From: Chromera velia | Lineage: Eukaryota | Length of the DNA stretch: 56,912 bases | Direction: 5' to 3' | Assembly: GCA_018398765.1 (NCBI GenBank) | Contig: JAHBMJ010000095.1 | Span: 1-56,912, forward strand | Shown: positions 48,835 to 56,912 of the stretch, piece after piece | How positions within the stretch are numbered: the first letter of the stretch is position 1 | Layout of the letters: each line of letters starts with the position of its first letter | Position numbers and translations under genes: made by a program | The notes under the pieces: model-generated | What the model was told of the DNA's origin: nothing | Databases searched by the model: none | What the model saw: only the letters and a program-made list of their open reading frames with translations

Positions 48835-51800
48835 GAAGAGAAGAGAAGAGAAGAGAGACTGCATGCTGAAGTGAGAGAGTGGGTGGGGAAATGTGAAAAT
48901 GCAAACTTTCTCGACAGAGTTTTCGGTAGAATGACAGGAGGAAGATTTTCCCCTTTGTACGTATCCCTCCCTTCGTCTTCTGCATGTTTGGTGGAATTGC
49001 AATTTGCCTCTCAGTCTTTCTTTCTGCCTGTCGTGTTTTTTTGATGCGGGAGTCTGATGAGTCAACAGCCCAAGTGAAGAGAACGAGAGACACCACCACT
49101 TCCCTATCTCTCCCTCTTGTGCCGCTTGATTGAAGAGGCACGTGCAGAGGGATCGAGGGAGGGCATAGAAGAGAAAAAGGAAGCAGAAGACAATGGACAG
49201 TGGCGGGGAATTGAATGGCATCGATGCGAATGTAGTTCAAAGAAAAGCGGTTTGATTGTTTTCCTCGTCCATTGCCTGCGTTCATCATTTCATCGCATAG
49301 TGGGCAGTGTCTCCTCTCTTTTCGTACTGCGACACATCTCTGTAGTTCACCCGCCTTTGCCAATTTGTCATTCGTCTGTTCTCTTCTTCCTCGTTTGTTG
49401 AGTGGCGGTCAGGAAGGAGGAAGTACAGCGCTTCTTCCTCGTTTGTTGAGGGGCGGTCAGGAAGGAGGAGGTACAGCGAGAAAGAGCGCCATTAAAATTT
49501 GCTTCGTGGAGTGAGAGTGTTGCACGAACTTGACAAGTAGGCGACAGCTGAATCAGAAGAGAAAGTCTGAAAAGGCTGTTTTGTTTTCATAACGCAGTGA
49601 AGTTTGCGACTCAGGTGCACACACGCGCGCGCCGCCGAGGGAGGAAGAGAGAGTTGCTGAATTTCCTTCCAGACTTTTCCGGAGGGTTCTCCCCGATCGC
49701 AATCAGAGAAGGGAAGCGGCACGAAATTTGAGGGGAAACCTGACGTGATGAAGCCCTCGGCATGGGGGTTTGCAATGGAATTGTGCTCAATGTGTATCGG
49801 TCCTGCTTGTCCTCTTATGCACTTCCTCTGAAATTTGTGTCGACCTACAGAAGAAATGCAGTCAGATCATGTTTTTCCTGTTTTGGACTGCCAGTGGTTT
49901 CAGAGTGTAAGAGAGCTACAGACAGCGTATTTGTGTTTGTCCGATTCATTCTTTTTTTGTTTATTATACTATTCACTGATGTTATCATCATCACTATAGC
50001 ATCATTATTATCATACGCCATCGCCATCGGCCTATTAACATAGGCGTCTAGCATTTGGCCTATAGTATCCAAACATCATGTAGAGTAATGTAGAGCAAAC
50101 TTGCCATAGAACATGCTAACAACTAGGCTAATATATAATTTATTAACAAATATGCTAGTGCATGAAAGTACATTGTACTCAAGCCAGATTATAGTATAAT
50201 ATCTAGTAAAACGTTCTCCAATTAAATGTTTTTGCCTATGGTTTTGCAATTTAAAGTCTTGTGGAGTTCCGCCCTGTGGCGCCGCCCTTTGGACCTTTGC
50301 ATGCGTTGTATCTGAATGAGCCTACGTGCTGATGCCATGCTCCGCCACTGCGCATATACGCAGTCGCCTGTACGTGTCGTACTCGAAGCTCTGCGCATGC
50401 ATGCAAGTCTACGTTTGGCCTCTGTTGTCTGAGCAACATCCTACGGCAGGTTCGAGTTGAAAGCAGCTGAACTTCAAGTCATTGAATCTCTAGTTGAACC
50501 TATAGAGCCGGATTCATGTGGAGTCGGAAGAAGTCTGAAGACAAAACTCAAGAGAACCTCTTAGAATTAAAGTAGAATTGAGACCTCATTTACGTAAACC
50601 TGTAGGGTATTGCTTGAGTTGGTGTTGCTCACGTTCCTTCTCTAGATCTTCCTAAGGTTCTTGCCCTCGCTTTACCTTCTATCTGGACGCCATAAGATGG
50701 CTGGACAGGAGGGACAAAGCAGTCTTAAACATTGACTCTATACTAGACTCTGTAATGGGAGACTATACTGCCCTGCTGGCTCTGGCAAGTTGTTGCCAGA
50801 GATGGACATAGGCTCTCGAAATACTAGTCGAAATGGACGTCCGTGACGGTCCGTCAGCCAAGGGCGGTTTCCGTACACAGTACGGTTAGGAGGAACAAAA
50901 TTAATTTGGTTACGGCCGCCCAGTAATCATATTCATGGGTACGATAGTAAGTTGGGGCAGAGCCGCAGAGGTACTGTAGTGTCCTCCCTCCCGGCGCCGT
51001 CCCGCCGCCGCCGTTCAGTCCTTCTCGCATGTGCGCCACCTTTGCTTCGATCGCCCGCCGCCGCTCGTTTAAACGTTTCATAAACAAACATTTACAAACC
51101 TTGCATGTTACAGTAATGCCCCATGATTGATCAGAGCCTAACTGGTACTAACGCCCTGCTAGCTCTGGCGACAGATAGATATAGCGGGAAGGCCCTAGGG
51201 CGGAACATATCAATCAATCAATCAAAATCAATAACTGGTGGCTCCCCGGTTCCAACTAGCTCAATTCAATTCAATTCAAATTCATAATTGATCTTAATAT
51301 GTTTAAATGACGTAAAAACTGCTAACAAATCAATGAACCAGTCGTTAGAAGATTAAGTAAAAAATGTGAGAGCGTATTAGTACCAAAAACAAAGCTAGAT
51401 GACCGCTGCTTTCCTCTTCCTCTACTAGTATTACATAGGTGGCGATGATAGGTCTGGCGGTAGAAAAAAAGGTGCTAGAGGGAGCGACGCCGGAGGAGGC
51501 GCACCAACGAGTTGACTGCAGTGTCACTGCACAAGAATACGGCATCCTAAATGGTTTCTTCGTTCAACACAATATGACATACACATCGCGATAGAATACA
51601 CATGCAGACAAGGAAGGAGGCTGCTAGGAAAACCACGAAATCTTCGAATCTTCGTCCTTTCATTCTGTCTTTTTTCCCTCACCCCTTTAATTCTTTGGAG
51701 ATAAGATTGGCATGACGAACTAGATGACGAACGAATCGAACATCTCAAAACACGGTGATACAGACAATTCGTATACATACCAAGAAGAAAAGAAGAAATG

Positions 51801-51995
51801 GAAGGAAGGGAAGGAAGGAAGGAAGGAGTGCCGCGCTGTGTCCACATCGATCGCTCTCAGTGAGTCGTCTTTCTGCTTTCTTCTCTCACCCACTGCACTG
51901 CCCCGTCTCTCCGTTTCTCTATCTCTTGTGCCTAACCGTCTCTGCTAGTCTCCTCAACGATCGCTCAAGTACATCTCTCTTTCAACTGATGAATG

Positions 51996-52031
<36 letters not shown>

Positions 52032-52557
52032 TAGAGAGAGAGAGAGAATAAGAGCCAGCAATTGCAACAACATCGGTTTCTCTCGCGTCCTTCGCATGCA
52101 CACTCATCGAACGGCAACCTTTGAAAGACAAAAAAAACATGGATGGAAGCATTGTTTCCTTTTTCCCCTGCCTTTCTTCCTCTCTTGCTTGCTTGCTTGC
52201 TTTGGTTTCCTCTCCATCTATGCATGCTTTAGTACACCGCAAAACGCGTGGCCAAGCTTTCCCGTTTTCTTCCGTTCCTGTAACTTTTCCCCTTTTCACG
52301 TAGGTCTTCTTCGTGACCTATTGATAAAAAGACCCTTCCTTGTGCCTTGTTCCGAACTCCATCAGACAGACAGACAGACAGACAGACAGACGCTTCGATT
52401 GCAAACCATTCAAGCATCCCGCTACCCGGGCATTAATTTCTCTTACATTTCTTTTTCCCCTTCCGCGGTTCCCGTCGGGTTCTTCATCCAAGAAAACCTG
52501 CAAGCTCATCGAACTGAGAATATCTCGAAAGGGATATATATTCTCGCTTGCAGTCAG

Positions 52558-54547
52558 TCAGACAACTTCGAAAGGTTCAAACCCCTCCGGTTCATAGCAC
52601 TCCAACCTCCTCACAAACGGATTTGCCTGCATCAATCGTTTCCTGTCTACCACCGCTAAACGCTTTCCAATCACATTCTCTTTCCCGAGACACCGCACGA
52701 GGGCTTCTGCCGTCTCCTTTCTCGACACCAGGGAGTAACAGGGCCCCTCTGTGATCACTACCTCGGACGGTCCGCTCTCCTCGTCCATCGGACAGGGGCG
52801 GAAAATCGTGTAAGGCAGCCCGCTGCATTGCAAATACTCTTCAGCTCTGCTCTTTGCGTCCAGCCAGGTGACCAGACTGTCCTTCGACGCCGACGGGATC
52901 CACTCCCGCGACTCCCCCGCACCCACTGCAGAGACCAAAAGAAACTGACGGATACCCCCCGGAACAGAGGCCTGCTGGCCGATGGATGCGAAGATCAAAT
53001 TTCTGTTCGCGTCCAAATCGACCAGGGCCGCCCTCTCCTTCTCCCCCGGCTCTTGTTTCCTCTCCGCATCGAACAGCATGGCGTTGTTCCAGTGCGCTCC
53101 TCCGACGCACGCAACGATGTGCGAGGGAGCCCACTCTTCCAACAGGCGGCTGCACTGGTACCTGCAGGCACAGAGGCAGATGTGATCGATCGATGAGGGC
53201 AGGCAGGCAGGCAGGCAGGCAGGTGTGATCGATCGATGAGGGCAGGCAGGCAGGCACTTCACGATTCTAAAAAAACTTGACGACAAGTCCTTACGGTTCT
53301 TCAGTCCAGAACGTCCTTCTGGAGGCTTCCTTCGCATGCGAGCAAACGGACAAAGATAAACAGACAGACCCGCACTTCATATTTGCGCGCGTGTACTTAG
53401 GCTGTTCTGAGCGCAGGTGTTAGTTGATTTAATGACTAAGTGTCGTTCTTCCATTTCTGCTGGGAAGGGAAGATGAAAGAGGAGAGCCCCAGGGGGCGCC
53501 ATGGAATCCTTTTTGATTGGTTAATAAACGGGCAAGAAAAGACACATGAATCGCCAGAAAAGAAGAAACTGGATGAGAGAGATAGTGTTTCCGTGACATT
53601 TCTCTTTCAGGTGTGTGGACATGTGAAGACAGTGATGCGCAGCGTCCCATCTCATTTCGCCTGGTCCCTTGGTCTCTTCTCTTCTCTCCTCTTCCCTCCT
53701 TTCCTCTCCTCTTCTCTCCTCTTCTCTCCTCTCCTCTTCTCTTCTCTCCTCTCCTCTCCTCTCCTCTTCTGGTCTCTTTTCTTCTCTACTATCCTCCTCT
53801 GGTCTCTTTTTTTCTCTCCTGTTCTCTTCTCTTCTCTACTATCCTCCTCTCTTCTCTTTTTTCTCTCCTGTTCTCTTCTGTCCTCTTCTTTTCTCTACTA
53901 TCCTCCTCTCTTCTCTTCTCTTCCCTCCTGTCCTCTTCTCTTCTCAAAAACCTCTGCACATCCCCATCGAACGTGAAGACAACAAAGAAAAAGGGGAAAC
54001 AGTTGTGACTTTTTTCTGTAACCTCATGCCAACAGACCTCCCCCCCCTCTTCTCACCTGTCCATGGCATCGCACCGTGTCACAGCCACAGTGCAGGGCTG
54101 AGACTGGAACTTGGAGACCAGCTCCTGGAGCCCCGAGGCGTCGCTTTGGGGTCTGATGCTCGCCACTACTGAAGAGAAGCTGCCGTCTTTGCACCCTCTC
54201 TCGGCAGCTGCCTTCACGACATCAAACCCCAGATTCTGAGACGCCCCGATGACTAACAAACGCCCTGGACCCTTCCCCGTTCCCGTCTCCCCCTCTCCAC
54301 CCGCAGACGCCGAGACCGAAGTGACCCGTCTCCTATCCAGTAGATCTCCCCGCAAAGGCAGGAAGGCAAGACCAGACTGAGCGCGCAAGTCGGGGAGAGA
54401 GCGAGGCGCCAGAAAACCGCCTGCCACTCTCCATTTTCCACTCAGAGGGTAGCGGTCACTCTCAGCTCGCGCCACAGAGAAAACACACAAGAACGAGTCT
54501 GAAGAGGCAAGAAAGGAGACGGCGACGAGGTAGGAGAACGAGAACAT
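52558..54547 (-). CDS. NAD(P)-binding Rossmann-fold protein (atypical SDR, NAD_binding_10/TIC62-like) with a probable bipartite plastid-targeting leader. Exons 54547-54057 and 53161-52558
   Basis: Motifs LLVIGASQNLG, VDLDANRNLI, FLLVSAVGAGES, AKSRAEEYLQCSGLPYTIFRP, VSRKETAEALV. Phase-2 intron AG|GTGAGA...tgcag|G. A hydrophobic N-terminus is followed by an R/S/L-rich segment. Confidence 0.85.
53670..53945. repeat. (CTCTT/CTCCT)n low-complexity intronic tract
   Basis: Direct sequence. Confidence 0.9.
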
Positions 54548-54914
54548 CCTGTCGATGCAATTCAGAGGAATTCCTTTCACTCTTTCTCTATCTGAGCTCA
54601 CACAAGGTCTTCTGTGTCCGTCCCACCGCCTGATCAATGATCCGGTTTCGGACTCAAGTATCGTGCGGAGCGTCGGGGTGACGTGACATTGGAGACGAAG
54701 TGGGAAAAGGCACTTCAAAGATCGTTGGACACTTCTTGGTTGGAAAAATTGTAAAGAACACGACGTGCTCGTCTTTGCCAAAGTCTGTCAGTACAGTCGG
54801 TGCCACGCACTGATTGACAGGGTGAGAGCAGGGGGGTCCACGCTGTCTGCACTCATCACAACTGGACACAGAATCAGTGTTACAGATCACCTCGAAAGCT
54901 CGAACTATACCTCT

Positions 54915-54985
54915 TTCGGGCCGGGGCCCCGGCCATGCAGTTCATGCAGACTCCATGCATGCATGAGGCATGCCGGGGCCGCGAC
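54915..54985. promoter_or_regulatory. Putative bidirectional promoter core: GC palindrome plus TGCATG motifs
   Basis: GGCCGGGGCCCCGGCC (54919-54934) followed by ATGCA/CATGCATGCATG/GCATGC motifs, between divergent ATGs at 54547 and 55218. Confidence 0.5.
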
Positions 54986-55217
54986 GTATCATTCGAGACG
55001 GATCGAGATGCTCAATCGGCCATTTCAACTCTGAGGAACTCGAGGGCGCTAGGGTGAGGGAAATTGAGGGAATGATCAGGTCGATGATCATCGATCACTG
55101 CCCCACGTAGACAGTGCAGATGATCCGCCAGTGCTGTTTGTGTGAGTGGAACTGCGTCTGTCGTCAAGAACAGGGGTGACCTTTAAACGAGACGGGCAAC
55201 AGTGTGCTTCAGATTGA

Positions 55218-56846
55218 TGTTGAAAGAGAGAGAGAGGGAAGGCGGGCCGCCTCGCTCGATCAAGGGGCCGCCGCAGCGCGAGGCAGGGGGAGATGCTCTA
55301 AACAGTGAACATTTGCCTAAGAGAGGGACTGGCAATGCGCCGTTGAGAAGGGGGGAGCGTGACCACGACCGCCCCCCTGTCCTCGAAGGACGGGACGAAC
55401 TTCAGGCCTGCTTCACGGGGTCCCTCCGAGAGATAGAGCGGGAGTTGAGATGGATGCAGATGGAGCAGCGCAAAGGAGGGCGGGCAGATGCCTCAGAGAC
55501 GGACCTAAGAGGGGACAAGACCTTCAATTGGCAGTACGTTCTTGTGATGAAGAACGGAGTGCCTGACGAGAGTGCTGTCCCATCGAAGGGGCAGCGTCAG
55601 AAGTGGATTCAGGAGAAGGACGCCCGTCGAATCTTTCACGAATGCTTCAGGGGAGAGGAGGTATTTGTATCTGGGAGACCGGAGCAGGAGACTAGGTTCG
55701 CGGTGGAGCAGGACGCGTTCATCGCAGCCTTTCGGGACCTCCCCACAGCGCTACGCCCGGGTGAGACCACAGCAGACGCACAGGTGCTTCGGAGCAAGCA
55801 CAGGAAGAGGGAGAGAAGGAGACAGGTCGCACTAGAAGCGCTCCGTTTGCAGTATTACACAGGCGGGTTGAAGAAGCGGGAGAGGGAGAGGGATGAGAGG
55901 AAGCATGAGGAGAGGGGCGAAAGAAACAAGGAGGATCTGGAGAAAGGAACAGAAGGGGGCACAGACACGGAGACGGATACGCACACCCACGCAATGGAGG
56001 AAGACTTGGAGGAGGAGGAGAGTCTGTTGTCTCTTTTGTTCCCCAGACACTCAGACGCTTCAAACCAGAGAAAGCTCTTTGAAGGTCGGCGTGAACTGCG
56101 AATACATCTCTGCACGCATATCTATCTATCTATCTATTTATCTATCTATTTATTTGTTGACCGCGTTTGCATGTACCTAGACTTGATTTGTTTGTACATC
56201 TTCCTTTCTCGTCCTGAATGTGTTTTGGAGTAGCCGCCAGTTTGCATTCATTCACGCATCCCATTCCAGAAAGCATTGATTCACGCATCCCATTCCAGAA
56301 AGCATTGCTTCACGCATCCCATTCCAGAAAGCATTGCTTCACGCATCCCATTCCAGAAAGCATTGATTCACGCATCCCATTCCAGAAAGCATTGATTCAC
56401 GCATCCCATTCCAGAAAGCGAGAGAAGAGGGACGGAACATTAGTACACCAAGGAATACACTAACGCGTGCACTGACTGACTGTGTCCCTGCTTGCATGCA
56501 TGCAGGCCTCCCCCTGGACTTCCAGGTGCTGAGGGAGGAGGACCAGCCGTGTTCCTCTTCCTCTCATGCCGACCACTCCTCTGCGTCTCTACTCGATCAG
56601 AGGGAAGCGGAAGGAGGAGCAGGAGGAAAATTAAAGGAGAAAGAGAACAAGCATATTCCCCAGAAGGGCGTCTCAAGTTTCTCCGCAGTTTCGTTTTCTT
56701 CTGCCGCCTCTATCAACGGCTTTGGTGGTCATCCCTGGGCGTCCTCTTCCTTCTCCCTCTCCCAGGCGGGGGGGGGGAAGACGAGGGGACGAGGGGGGAG
56801 GACGAACACTTTAAACAGAAACTTCCTCGAACTCATCCTCAGAACC
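55218..56846 (+). CDS. 5' exons (55218-56084, 56506-56846) of a gene continuing beyond the window; possibly anoctamin/TMEM16-like
   Basis: The phase-1 intron G|GTCGGC...atgcag|GC keeps the frame open to a GTCAGT donor. The family guess rests only on WQYVLV, which resembles the anoctamin N-terminal DYVLV motif, and is weak. Confidence 0.65.
56247..56420. repeat. Intronic 29-bp minisatellite (TTCACGCATCCCATTCCAGAAAGCATTG[A/C]), ~6 copies
   Basis: Direct sequence. Confidence 0.93.
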
Positions 56847-56912
56847 GTCAGTCAGTCAGTCCGTTTGGGATTCAGGACTCTGTGTGTCAGGCAAATGTTC
56901 CCCCCCCCCCCC

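Noticed and set aside
47805..49363. Several K/E/R-rich minus-strand ORFs
   Set aside because: Derived from (TTTC)n tracts antisense to the DDB1 3' end.
50440..50480. GGTTCGAG B-box-like motif (tRNA/SINE?)
   Set aside because: No T-stem pairing or cloverleaf can be formed.

Overview
Eukaryotic nuclear DNA, most likely from a chromerid/apicomplexan-related alveolate such as Chromera. This is inferred from an ApiAP2 gene, dense TGCATG motifs, a protein with a bipartite plastid-type leader, and microsatellite-rich spliceosomal introns. I built phase-consistent exon models by hand for seven genes: (1) a large minus-strand membrane protein with long tandem repeats (11245->~2472); (2,3) two head-to-head, strongly diverged paralogues of an unrecognised family (18068->13966 and 19049->23837) that share an intron position and a TGCATG-rich spacer; (4) a small, apparently mitochondrion-targeted ApiAP2 protein (28234->25921); (5) a 21-exon DDB1 gene (35022-48834); (6) a plastid-type NAD(P)-binding Rossmann protein (54547->52558); (7) the 5' part of a possible anoctamin-like gene (from 55218). 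Intergenic AT-rich islands hold MITE/foldback-like elements and a degenerate repeat-family ORF. Two observations stand out. First, a 50-67 bp palindromic mini-element sits twice inside DDB1, each time just within an exon and followed by a duplicated 3' splice site plus exon start that leaves an intact exon downstream. Second, the divergent paralogue pair. All exon models are sequence-only predictions.
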